From contig JBCCYL010000009.1 in assembly GCA_039189765.1 (NCBI GenBank), positions 1 to 64,000 of the forward strand: DNA of 64,000 nucleotides, in the 5' to 3' direction. The DNA comes from Cyanobacteria bacterium P01_F01_bin.150. GTDB lineage: Bacteria > Cyanobacteriota > Cyanobacteriia > CAKZMO01. Of this stretch, positions 10,502 through 20,202 are shown piece by piece. The translations under genes and the position numbers were made by a program. Position 1 is the stretch's first letter. Each line of letters begins with the position of its first letter. A model generated the notes under the pieces. That model did not search any database. It was not told the origin of the DNA and was given only the letters and a program-made list of their open reading frames with translations.

Positions 10502-13500
10502 TTACCAACTCCCGCCACGGGAACCACTGCTGGAGCTTCGAGAACTGCCAGAACTGCTGCTAGAGGACCAATTAGAGCTAGAGCTAGAGTTGGACGCATG
10601 GGAGCTGCTAGAGCTGAAGGATGAGTATGACGATGTACTAGCAGCTCGATTGCGTCGCTGTTGCTCTGCATTGTGAGCGCGTCTGGCGCGGCTAACGGCA
10701 TCATTTGCTTCATGGCTGGCCCGTTTGGCATCGCTGATGGCGGATTGAGCTTCATTCGTGCTGGTTTCGTAATGCTGAGATTGGAGCGATCGCCTTGCTT
10801 CCCTCAAGTCCCGTTCCGCATCTCTTAGCTGCGATTGGGCTGATGAGGTATTGACGGTGGCGTAGCGAAAATGGCGCTGGCTGGCGCTGTGGATGTCATT
10901 CTCCGCTGATTGAATCGCTGATTCAGCACGACGAATAGTAGACTTGGCTTTCTCAAAGGTGCGTTTATCAGTGGCGATCGCATCCCCTAGCCGCTGCCGT
11001 AGTCTTTCACCCGCCTGAAGATCCTCAGATGCGGCGTAGGGATTAAACGGCACTCGGCGCACACTATCGCGGAGGCGATCAAGCTGATATTTGACCTCCT
11101 CCCACTGACGTTCAGTTGAGGAACGAACATAGGACGCCTGTAAATCTCGCTGGGTTTGGACACAGCGATTGCGCAGTGCCTCGTACTCAATGCCAACTGA
11201 TTCCTGACGTTGGGCTAAAATCTGGCTGGCCTGCTCAATGCTATAGAGCTGGATGTAAGCGCTGGTCAAAAGCCGATCGGCTGTATTTAAAGTCGTTTGA
11301 GCCGCCAGAATATGGGCCGTATTCATCTGGCTAACGGCAGTTTTAAGGGTTTCAGTGGCCTTGGTAATCAGATTTTGGGCATGGTTCCCATTATCGGCAA
11401 TTGTTTGACCTGCATTGACTTCGGGGGCAATAAGGTCCAAAACGATAGACTCATACTGCTGCCGCATCGTTTGTAGAATCGGAATGTAATGAGTTTGGCG
11501 ATCGCGGTGTAGGGTCAAAACACGATCTTTGTGAGATTGGAGAGTAAGGGGATAAGCCTGTATCGCCGCTTGAGTGTCGCGGACCCATTGATGGGCTAAC
11601 TGAGTTTTGGTTGCAATTTGATCCAGATGGGCCTGAGATTCCTCCACATTTCCTCGCTCCAGTGAGTTTTTGAGGGATTGCCAGTGTTGTTTAGCGGTGG
11701 TTATAGGAACCGATGGATCGGTGTCTGACTCCCGCAGCACCTGATCGGGTTGACCCGATTGAAAAAGGCTAAGAGATTTTAGGGTTTGCCAAAGGCGCTG
11801 GCGATAGCTAGCCACATTAGCTTCCGCTTTTTGAATTTGTTGGAGGGCAATGGTTCGACGATCGTCGTCTTGGCGAATAACTGTTTGGAGACGGTTGTCC
11901 AACTCATCTACATCTTTATCCAAGGTTGTAATGGATGGTTCCACCGCATTCTGGCTGGCATCTTTAGCGAGCTGTTCTAATCGTTGAGAATAGGACCGGA
12001 CAAGGCTGTAGGCCCAATCAGTGGAGACTTGGTGAGGATGTAAACAACTGTCCGCATGGGCTAATGTTCGCAGTAGGGTATTACGAGCATCGGTTCCCAG
12101 CTCAATCATCTGTCGAGCCTCTTGGGCAATGCGATCGCCCCCGTCCCCATAATGGTCCCACGCCATAATCGGATCGGTGGCCATGGATTGTCGTCCCTTC
12201 GCCAAATAGCCGCCAGATGCAGTGACTAACGGAATCAGGGTAGACTGCACGGTGGGAACCTTAAACCAACTATCTGGATCTTGAGATGCCCCCCCTTGAG
12301 CTGAGCTTGAGAGTGCCTGAGACGTTTGGGGTATTGACATAATTTGGGGCGTTGGAATCGATTGGAGGGTCTGAGCTTGGGTTTGCGTTGTGTGGGCGTG
12401 GGCTTCAATTTGGTTGAAATAGTCCGCAATGCCGCTATCTTTTTTAATCAATTCCTCTAATAACGCCACGGCCTGTTCACGGTGTTCCGTCATCAGGTCT
12501 AGAATATTCTGGAATGAATGGTGTGTGTCTTGTAGATTATTCCGCTCAGTCGTTTGTTCGGTGGTTTGCTTGGTGGAGAGGTGCGATCGCCACACATCCG
12601 CTATCGCCGTTTCCTGGCTGTTAAGCACCGCGTCAAGACTTTTGACCTTCTCCAACGGTAATGCCGTTTTTTCATCAGTGAGCAGGGCGATCGCCCGTTT
12701 ATAGCTGCCAGTAAAAAAGCGATTTGTCAAATGTCCTGAGGTAACCAAACGCTCAGCTTCTGCTAGAACGACATCGGTTCCCCCCACCAAGGTGATGGCG
12801 TCGGTAATGTGACCCAGCATCGTGTGAGCATGCTGCTGGGTATGGCCCGTATAGGTTTTAAAGGAGTGATATTCGGCATCGTCCATTAGCTTAAACAGGG
12901 CTTTGGTACGCTCTGCAATCTTTCGTTTGGCCTGACGCAGCACTTTTTGGGCATCAATACGGGCATTACGGGCCTTAATAAAGAGGGCGATCGAGATCAA
13001 CACCAACATGCTCAGAACAACTAACGCAATTACCAGGCGCTGACGCTGAACCTGACGTATATTGCTACGAACCTGATCCAGTGCCAGCACTAGTGCCTGA
13101 CTGGAAGCTTGGGCCGATTGTAGAGAATTCCAAAATTCGATTTGGCCAGTTTGATATTGGGTTTGAAACTGCTGTAATTGAGTTTGGCCTTGGTTCAGCA
13201 ATTGGGTTGCTTGCTGCTTACTGGGACCGTCAGGGATGGTGGTAAGGGCGATCGCCCCTTCATCCAACGTTTGTTGCACCTGAGCAGCAATCTCTGGTGC
13301 TTGGCCATAGCGACCCATGGCCTCTTCCTGCTGGCTAATTTGCGTAGTCACCGCTTGAGCAAGCTTTTGCGCCTCCGCAAAGTTATTGTTGGCTATAGCC
13401 TTGCGAGCATTATCTAACTGCAATTCCCACAGGGCAACATTGGGATTACCGACGGAACCACCGACCTGGAATTGACTCCGAAACTGGCCAAGGGTGACGG

Positions 13501-14260
13501 GAAATCCGGCTAAAGCCGTTGCCGCCTGCACAATGGTTTGTTGGGCTTGATCAATCGTATTAGTGACTTGCTGACGAATCGTGCCGTTAATTCGATTGAT
13601 CAGAACCTCTAGCGCCCCTGGTAAATCTTTCCCTTCGTTGTGGGTCGCGTTGAGAAACAGATTGAGCAGTTCTTTCGGATTATCATTTTCATCAGCAAAA
13701 TTGGTTTCCCCTACTCCCAGCCGATCAGGCAATTCTTCCGATCGCATAGAAATCATTCGCCCCTGGTCACTATCAAAATAGACCATCAACAAAACGCCCT
13801 GCCGTTCTCCGGTGGCCTCGTTGACCACGCTCTCAAAGGCCGCACTGTTGGCAATTCCCCTACTCAAGGTTTCATCATCGGCAAACGCGTCAGCAGAATA
13901 GTCCATTATCACCACAAAAACATTGGGGTTGGCATTAAGGGTGGTCAGAAGACGATTGATTTGCTCCGGAGTCAAGGCACTGCCCTGGATATAGAGCTGT
14001 TGTGATGCATTAAATTTTGCGACTGCATCCGCTGCTCCAGTAATCAGAACGACAGGAGTCTGGGAGAGATGGTAAGGCTTTGTATGTAATCTTTGGTTCT
14101 GGAAGGCCAGGGATGAGTTTATTGCCAGATTTGTCGCCAGATTTGTTGACAGAGCCATTGCTGACTTGGAAGAAGATGCTGGCAAAGCGATCGCAACTAT
14201 GGCAATTGTGGCAGATATACTTGCAAGGCGGGGGAATCGTTGCATGGGAGATCTATCCAT
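10502..14260 (-). CDS. Large membrane-anchored coiled-coil protein with Ser/Gly-rich tail (TPM-domain-like architecture)
   Basis: Signal-like N-terminus, one TM helix (VIALVVLSMLVLISIALFI), long helical region, C-terminal SSSSGSRGGSW. Start moved to the ATG at 14260 because the upstream extension is a tandem repeat. Confidence 0.7.
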   Translation of the reverse strand: MDRSPMQRFPRLASISATIAIVAIALPASSSKSAMALSTNLATNLAINSSLAFQNQRLHTKPYHLSQTPVVLITGAADAVAKFNASQQLYIQGSALTPEQINRLLTTLNANPNVFVVIMDYSADAFADDETLSRGIANSAAFESVVNEATGERQGVLLMVYFDSDQGRMISMRSEELPDRLGVGETNFADENDNPKELLNLFLNATHNEGKDLPGALEVLINRINGTIRQQVTNTIDQAQQTIVQAATALAGFPVTLGQFRSQFQVGGSVGNPNVALWELQLDNARKAIANNNFAEAQKLAQAVTTQISQQEEAMGRYGQAPEIAAQVQQTLDEGAIALTTIPDGPSKQQATQLLNQGQTQLQQFQTQYQTGQIEFWNSLQSAQASSQALVLALDQVRSNIRQVQRQRLVIALVVLSMLVLISIALFIKARNARIDAQKVLRQAKRKIAERTKALFKLMDDAEYHSFKTYTGHTQQHAHTMLGHITDAITLVGGTDVVLAEAERLVTSGHLTNRFFTGSYKRAIALLTDEKTALPLEKVKSLDAVLNSQETAIADVWRSHLSTKQTTEQTTERNNLQDTHHSFQNILDLMTEHREQAVALLEELIKKDSGIADYFNQIEAHAHTTQTQAQTLQSIPTPQIMSIPQTSQALSSSAQGGASQDPDSWFKVPTVQSTLIPLVTASGGYLAKGRQSMATDPIMAWDHYGDGGDRIAQEARQMIELGTDARNTLLRTLAHADSCLHPHQVSTDWAYSLVRSYSQRLEQLAKDASQNAVEPSITTLDKDVDELDNRLQTVIRQDDDRRTIALQQIQKAEANVASYRQRLWQTLKSLSLFQSGQPDQVLRESDTDPSVPITTAKQHWQSLKNSLERGNVEESQAHLDQIATKTQLAHQWVRDTQAAIQAYPLTLQSHKDRVLTLHRDRQTHYIPILQTMRQQYESIVLDLIAPEVNAGQTIADNGNHAQNLITKATETLKTAVSQMNTAHILAAQTTLNTADRLLTSAYIQLYSIEQASQILAQRQESVGIEYEALRNRCVQTQRDLQASYVRSSTERQWEEVKYQLDRLRDSVRRVPFNPYAASEDLQAGERLRQRLGDAIATDKRTFEKAKSTIRRAESAIQSAENDIHSASQRHFRYATVNTSSAQSQLRDAERDLREARRSLQSQHYETSTNEAQSAISDAKRASHEANDAVSRARRAHNAEQQRRNRAASTSSYSSFSSSSSHASNSSSSSNWSSSSSSGSSRSSSSGSRGGSW

Positions 14261-14281
14261 AGTGAGACGTGAGCAAAAGCG

Positions 14282-14323
14282 AGTAACAAGTAGCAAGTAA
14301 CAAGTAGCAAGTAACAAGTAGCA
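14282..14323. repeat. Short tandem heptamer repeat (STRR-like)
   Basis: (AGTAACA AGTAGCA)x3. Confidence 0.9.
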
Positions 14324-14414
14324 AGTGAGATGTCGTTAACGGTATAACGTATTCCAAGACGTGCTTCCAGATTTGTTACAAGATGTCAGACAGGAAAAGG
14401 CAGGAGACGTTGTG

Positions 14415-14990
14415 ATGGGACGTATAGCTGGGCAATCTTTTATGGTTGGTTGGATTTTTAGTATTTCTTTGCTTGTGGTGGGGTGTGGGCGATCGCCTGA
14501 TATCATCCTACCGCCATCGGCTGCGACCCTTACGATTGCAAGCCCGGCGTTTGCGACAGATAGGGAAATTCCTATCGAATACACTTGTGATGGAGCCAAT
14601 ATTTCTCCAGCATTGACTTGGGATAACGTTCCAGAAAGTGCCCAAAGTCTGGTGTTTTGGATGGAGGACCCCGATGCGCCGAGGGGAACGTTTACCCATT
14701 GGCTCGTGTACGATATGCCTGCAACGCGCCGTGATTTGCCCAAGGATATTTCTCCCAGCGATGTCTTACCTCAAGGAGGAACCCAGGGTAAAAATAGCTT
14801 TCGAAATTTAGGCTACGGCGGTCCTTGTCCACCCAAGGGAACCCATCGCTATGCCTTTAAACTCTACGCCTTAAATCAGCCGACAGAACTACCGCCAAAT
14901 GCCTCCATCGTGGAGGTTGCCCAACGGATGAACGGCAATATTGTCGGCTTTGGTGAATTCACGGTGCCTTATACGCGACAGTCGCCGTAA
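14415..14990 (+). CDS. YbhB/YbcL (PEBP/Raf kinase inhibitor-like) family lipoprotein
   Basis: Lipobox LLVVGC; DPDAP, FTHW and GYGGPCPPKGTHRY motifs; start uncertain (14361-14442). Confidence 0.9.
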   Translation: MGRIAGQSFMVGWIFSISLLVVGCGRSPDIILPPSAATLTIASPAFATDREIPIEYTCDGANISPALTWDNVPESAQSLVFWMEDPDAPRGTFTHWLVYDMPATRRDLPKDISPSDVLPQGGTQGKNSFRNLGYGGPCPPKGTHRYAFKLYALNQPTELPPNASIVEVAQRMNGNIVGFGEFTVPYTRQSP

Positions 14991-15095
14991 CAGTTGCTAT
15001 AACTCTGGTGGGGTTCTTATTTTCTGCCGCGATAGCATCCTAATGTAACAACGGAGATAACAACAGCCCCTATCGATATATGGCAGGTCAGTCCT

Positions 15096-15710
15096 ATGTT
15101 TTGGCACGATTATCGACCCGTAATTGAACCCGCGATCGCCTTTATTCTCCTATTCCTGGTCTCTGGACGATTTACCCAAACCCTGCTGCGTCGGGTTGTC
15201 TATGCCGTAGACCCAGAATCCAGGCCCAAGCGCTTTAATGTCCCAGCACGGGCTGCACGGGTGGCGTTGGCGATCGCCGACATTATTGCTTGGCTCTTTG
15301 CTTTCACCATTACCTGCGCTTTTCTGGGCCAGTCTCAAGTGGCTAGTGTCACAGTGTCCCTATTCAGGTTCTTGCTCGATTCCTGGCCTTTAGTTCTCTT
15401 CACCCTGTTAATCACCTATTCCTTTAGCAAACGAGGCAATCAGCTACTGCTGTCCCTGCTTGGCGCTTGGTATTTGAATGTCCAGCGCAAACTATTAGAC
15501 AAACAGCAGCCGTTCGACCTGGGCAACGAGCAGATGGGCAATATTAGCGATATCCAACTGCTGCATACCACCTTCATCACCAAAACAGGCACAACGGTCA
15601 TTCGTCCCAACGCCTATCTAATGCGGACAGCATTTGGGTTTGCAGATGCACTAGGGGATGAGCTGGAGTTTCTTAAAAGATTCTCAAAACCGAACCAAAA
15701 GCAAAGCTAA
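15096..15710 (+). CDS. Membrane protein, possibly a truncated MscS-like channel domain
   Basis: Several TM helices followed by GNISDIQLLHTTF...VIRPNA, resembling the MscS beta domain. Confidence 0.5.
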   Translation: MFWHDYRPVIEPAIAFILLFLVSGRFTQTLLRRVVYAVDPESRPKRFNVPARAARVALAIADIIAWLFAFTITCAFLGQSQVASVTVSLFRFLLDSWPLVLFTLLITYSFSKRGNQLLLSLLGAWYLNVQRKLLDKQQPFDLGNEQMGNISDIQLLHTTFITKTGTTVIRPNAYLMRTAFGFADALGDELEFLKRFSKPNQKQS

Positions 15711-15721
15711 AGCACCCACCA

Positions 15722-16003
15722 TCTCTCTGCGGAGCTAATCTTCGAAGCGCAGACCTGAGTGAAGCGACTTTAACCCTAGCTACTTTAGATAATGCTGACC
15801 TGACTGATGCTAAATTGAATCAAACTTATCTTGATGGCACCAGTATGAGCAATGTCAATTTCACCAGAGCCGACTTGAGAGGAGCTGACTTGGGTGGAAA
15901 TCCTTGGTTTAGAGATGCCATTTTTAATCGGACAATTCTACCTAATGGTTCCGTTTACGATGGTATTGGTCAGTATCCTTGGACCTTACGATGTTTTTGC
16001 TAG
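15722..16003 (+). pseudogene. 5'-truncated pentapeptide repeat protein
   Basis: Frame reads GANLRSADLSEATLTLATLDNADLTDAKLNQ...ADLRGADL; no start codon between the in-frame TAA at 15674 and the start of the repeats. Confidence 0.65.
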
Positions 16004-16054
16004 CTGTGCGATCGCTTATACATATCTTCTCAAAGCCAGTCTCTTAAAATCACC

Positions 16055-16333
16055 ATGCAAGTTACTATTCAAGTTCCCGACGCCATAGCGACCTAGCTTC
16101 AAAGTCACGGTCATGATCTATCCAGAAAATTTTTAGAAGCATTGGCTGCTGATGCCTATCGATCAGATATTTTGACCCGTGGGCAAATCCAAGAGCTATT
16201 AGGTCTTGCGTCTTTGTATGAAGTTGATGGATTCCTGAAGCAGGCGGGTGCTCATCTACATTATGATGAGGAAGATTTACAACAGGATTTATTAACGATG
16301 AATAGGCTTCGTAACACCCACGAAGTCAGCTAG
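16055..16333 (+). pseudogene. UPF0175-family antitoxin-like gene with internal stop
   Basis: MQVTIQVPDAIAT*LQSHGHDLSRKFLEALAADAYRSDILTRGQIQELLGL...; in-frame TAG at 16094-16096. Confidence 0.75.
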
Positions 16334-16336
16334 GAG

Positions 16337-16509
16337 AAGCAGGAACAAGCCGAGGCTTGAGCGTGATTGGTCTTCTGGGTATTTTAATAACTGCTGCTAA
16401 TGATTGGCTTATTGATTTTGCTACCGCAATGAATCGGCTTCAGACGACCAATTTTAGAGTATCCCCAAAACTTCGTCAAAAGCTTCTTAAACAATATTCT
16501 AAGAAATAA
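16337..16509 (+). pseudogene. C-terminal remnant of a DUF3368 (PIN-like) toxin partner
   Basis: RGLSVIGLLGILITAAND.LIDFATAMNRLQTTNFRVSPKL; N-terminal part missing; directly follows the UPF0175 gene. Confidence 0.7.
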
Positions 16510-16513
16510 GCTG

Positions 16514-17290
16514 TCAGGGGTGAAATTGCATAGCAGTATTAAAAAATTGCTTCTCGATGGCTTTAATCACCAAAATGGTTGCTACCAAATTGGTAAATGC
16601 CAACGTAACGATAATCAGTATTTGATAAGAGGCCGCAGTGATCGGACGAATTCCACTTAAAACTTGGCCCATCATGATTTCCGGCAGCGTCACCAGCCCC
16701 ACTACCATCATTGAGTTAAGAATTGGCAGCATGCCCGCTTTAATCGCCTCTTGACGATAGATTTTAGTGGCCTGTGCGGGTGTTGCGCCTAAACTGAGGT
16801 GGGTTTCAATCTCTATCTGGCTGCGGCTGAGGATGGTGACCAGGCGTTCTCCGGCGATCGCCGACGCATTCATCGCATTCCCCAACAAAATCCCTCCCAA
16901 AGGAATCCAATATTGGGGTGAATACCACGGCTCTGGCTGTAGGACTAGCACAATCACATACACCAACGTTATGGTCGTGCTAATCGCTAGACTAGCGCCA
17001 ATCCAGGGCCATAAAAATGAGAGCTTAGTACTGATGCGATTGCGCGACACTGCAACAGCAACGCCCAACAACATTAGCAATACTAGCAGCATCGCCCATA
17101 GCGATTGGAGTTCTAAGACCAGCTCCAAGAAATAACCCGCCACCAAAAGCTGCACAATCGTTCGCCCCGTCCCCATCAGCAGCTTCCACTCAATACCCAG
17201 GTGTTGCCATATCGCTAGACCCATAGCAATCAGCATTAGGCCAAGTATCCAGCCCAGTTGGATTAAATCGAGGGAAATTAAAGTATCCAT
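16514..17290 (-). CDS. fetB: UPF0014/FetB-like ABC transporter permease
   Basis: RTIVQLL, WYSPQYWIPLGGILLGNAM, LSLGATP, VGLVTLP..MMGQVLSG. Confidence 0.85.
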   Translation of the reverse strand: MDTLISLDLIQLGWILGLMLIAMGLAIWQHLGIEWKLLMGTGRTIVQLLVAGYFLELVLELQSLWAMLLVLLMLLGVAVAVSRNRISTKLSFLWPWIGASLAISTTITLVYVIVLVLQPEPWYSPQYWIPLGGILLGNAMNASAIAGERLVTILSRSQIEIETHLSLGATPAQATKIYRQEAIKAGMLPILNSMMVVGLVTLPEIMMGQVLSGIRPITAASYQILIIVTLAFTNLVATILVIKAIEKQFFNTAMQFHP

Positions 17291-17630
17291 AGGTTCAGTG
17301 ACTTAGGTGAATTGCGTAGCATCTTATACAATACGGCTAGATAGGATAGCCATATTGAACCATGCCTGTATCTACCCGGTCTATCTCGGCCTAGAATCTT
17401 GCCCTAATCGCTTGAATTCTGTGCAGTAGAGGCTCATCATGCTGTTAGCAAGGTTGGGACTTTCTAGTAAGCCAGAGTGCTGTCTTACTAGAAAGTCCCT
17501 CTTTACGAATAACTAGTGCTACGTCACAGAATAAATGATGTGCAAGTCCTGCCGGGATTTCCTCATTAAAATAAGGCTGACGCAGTAATAGCTATTTGGC
17601 TAACGTTGTTCTCGATTTTGGTGTAAGCGA

Positions 17631-18797
17631 GTGACTTCCATTCCTATTCTCGATTTAACAACCCAATACCGTTCCATTCAAGCAGATGTTGAAGCCGCAG
17701 TTCTTGATGTTCTGCAATCAGGTCGATATATCAAAGGAGAAATTGTCAGTCAGTTTGAACAAGAGTTGGCCCAATATGTCGGTTCTCCTCACTGTATCTC
17801 ATGTAATTCTGGGACAGATGCGCTGTATCTTGCTCTTCGGGCTATGAATATTGGACCGGGCGATGAAATTATTACTAGCCCTTTTACGTTTATTGCTACG
17901 GCAGAAGTGATTAGTGCATTGGGTGCGACTCCAGTCTTTGTCGATATCGATATCGACACGTTTAATTTGGATCTTAAGCTGATTGCTGAAGCCATTACGG
18001 AACGAACTCGCGCGATTATTCCAGTCCATATTTTTGGTCATCCCGTCAACATGCCAGAATTGATGGCGATCGCCAAAACCTACCAGCTCTGGGTCATTGA
18101 AGACTGTGCCCAAGCTATTGGTGCAAGCTGGGACCATCAAAAAGTAGGGAGTTTTGGCGACATTGGTTGCTTTAGTTTCTATCCCACTAAAAATCTTGGA
18201 GCCTGTGGAGATGGAGGCGCGATTACGGTTAAAGATGAAGCGATTGCCCATAAAATAAGAACCCTAGCAGACCATGGCCGCACCCATGGTTACTACCATG
18301 AAGCGATTGGCGTCAATAGCCGTCTTGATGCCATTCAGGCTGCTATTTTGAGAATTAAACTCCAGCATCTAGAGCAATGGAATCAACAGCGAAGAGCTGT
18401 CGCTCAGCACTACTATGAACATCTATCCAATTGTTCCAATGTTGTGGTGCCAACATCTTCTTCCTTCGGACAGTGTGTATGGCATCAGTACACATTAAGA
18501 ATAGTGCCGGAAGATAAAGTAACGCACGATGTGGTAAATGTACGCGATCGGATTAAGCACTACCTCAACGAGAACAATATTGGCTCTATGGTTTACTATC
18601 CATTGCCTTTGCATCAGCAACCCGTCTATAGCAAACAGTTATCAAGCATTCACTTACCCATTGCAGAACAAGCCGCTACCCAAGTGTTATCTTTGCCGAT
18701 GTTTCCTGAACTCACACCTGAGCAGCAAGATACGATTGTCCACACTTTAAAGAGTGCGATCGCCTATGTCTGTCCTGACTGTCAGGCGATCGCTTGA
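17631..18797 (+). CDS. DegT/DnrJ/EryC1/StrS PLP-dependent aminotransferase
   Basis: NSGTDAL, IEDCAQA, SFYPTKNLGACGDGG, NSRLDAIQAA. Confidence 0.95.
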   Translation: MTSIPILDLTTQYRSIQADVEAAVLDVLQSGRYIKGEIVSQFEQELAQYVGSPHCISCNSGTDALYLALRAMNIGPGDEIITSPFTFIATAEVISALGATPVFVDIDIDTFNLDLKLIAEAITERTRAIIPVHIFGHPVNMPELMAIAKTYQLWVIEDCAQAIGASWDHQKVGSFGDIGCFSFYPTKNLGACGDGGAITVKDEAIAHKIRTLADHGRTHGYYHEAIGVNSRLDAIQAAILRIKLQHLEQWNQQRRAVAQHYYEHLSNCSNVVVPTSSSFGQCVWHQYTLRIVPEDKVTHDVVNVRDRIKHYLNENNIGSMVYYPLPLHQQPVYSKQLSSIHLPIAEQAATQVLSLPMFPELTPEQQDTIVHTLKSAIAYVCPDCQAIA

Positions 18798-19505
18798 GGC
18801 TTAAGGTCTTGCCTAAATAATTGAGCTTTGGGCAAATCACAGATATCTTGTGCTGCTTGTACAATATGCAGATTTTCAGCAAATCTACAGTCTAATGTTG
18901 CATTTCTTTACATTTGAATGCATAATAATGGAGGTATTTAAATGCTGTGCTTAATCCTTTAATAGGCCTCAAGAATTGATTGTTACAATTATTTAGACAT
19001 CTGGTCAGTTTTATTTGGACATTTCTGCCTAGCTATATTGTTTGAAAATGCTCTCAGCATGTTAGGGTTATTGATGGCCTTTTACGTTTCTGCTTTGTCA
19101 GAGCTTGGCAATGGCAGTCACAAAGTTTGTCACTCAGCGTTTTGAAGAGTACGGTTGTGATTCTGTGTAATGTTGGAGCCAAAATTCTCAGAGACGTCTT
19201 TAATGGCAGTTGTCTTCAGGGTTAAAGCGTAATGTACACCTGTTGTTCGTTGACATTTTTTTGAACCCTAAATTTATGAGAAATAGGCACTACAGACTAG
19301 TCTCCATGACGATAGGCCGATTTAGGTTTGAGGTCTGTAGGGATTTGAAAAGGGGGAACTAAAGAGTAAAGAAAGTGAGATTACCCGGATAATCATTAGG
19401 TTTTAACCTGTTGTTGGGTGTAATCTTATGAAAGTATAGAAACATGTCGTGGTTTATTAAACGCCATCATTTAATTTTGCTGGAGCTTGGAGGTATCTGG
19501 TTAAT

Positions 19506-19931
19506 ATGTCAATTCGTCTTTACGTTGGTAACTTACCCAAAGAATTAGAAAAAGAAGAGTTAGAAGCAGTCTTCACCGGATTTGAAGGAGAGCTGTCTAC
19601 AAAATTAGTCACGGACCGAAAAACTGGTAAATGTCGTGGTTTTGCCTTTGTCACCGTTAAGAATGATGAACAGGCTAATCAGCTAATTGAACAGTTCAAT
19701 GGCAAAGACTTTAAAGAGAACGCCCTGAAAATTGAGAAAGCGCTTCCTCGCTCCAAAGGCAAAGAGGAGGGTGCTGCGGTCGCCTCCAACAGTGGTGGAA
19801 ACCGTCGTAACAATAATAAGCGAAACAAGCGTGGCGGTTCTGATGCTGAAGCAACTCAACCCGATCCTCGTTGGGCTTCTGCATTGGCTGAACTGAAGGA
19901 GCGCTTGGCTGCTCAAGCTGCTAACTCATAG
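19506..19931 (+). CDS. RRM RNA-binding protein (cyanobacterial Rbp with long C-terminal tail)
   Basis: RNP2 LYVGNL and RNP1 RGFAFV; C-terminal QPDPRWA. Confidence 0.93.
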   Translation: MSIRLYVGNLPKELEKEELEAVFTGFEGELSTKLVTDRKTGKCRGFAFVTVKNDEQANQLIEQFNGKDFKENALKIEKALPRSKGKEEGAAVASNSGGNRRNNNKRNKRGGSDAEATQPDPRWASALAELKERLAAQAANS

Positions 19932-20044
19932 AGATACGGAGTGTTTTAGCCTATACTAAGGGCTGCAAATTGATATCTCGTCGGATGCCTCCCTTCTGCA
20001 AGCGTCTATAGGCAGGGTGCTATTACGTTAATTTTTCAAGAGTG

Positions 20045-20078
20045 AATCGCCTAAGTTTTTAAACCTTGGGCGATTTTT
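20045..20078 (+). terminator. Probable intrinsic terminator after the rbp gene
   Basis: AATCGCCTAAG-N9-CTTGGGCGATT followed by a T run. Confidence 0.6.
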
Positions 20079-20202
20079 ATATGGTTACTTATGCAGATAG
20101 CATGGGCGCAAAGCATCCACGCTATCCGAAATTTTACTTCACCTTAAAACCAAAAACGAGCTTATCACCTGGCAGCAAAAAATTGCTTTTGGCCAACCTT
20201 TA

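Noticed and set aside
14261..14317. N-terminal extension MLLATCYLLLVT of the 1271-aa ORF
   Set aside because: It is largely the translation of the AGTA(A/G)CA tandem repeat, not a real leader
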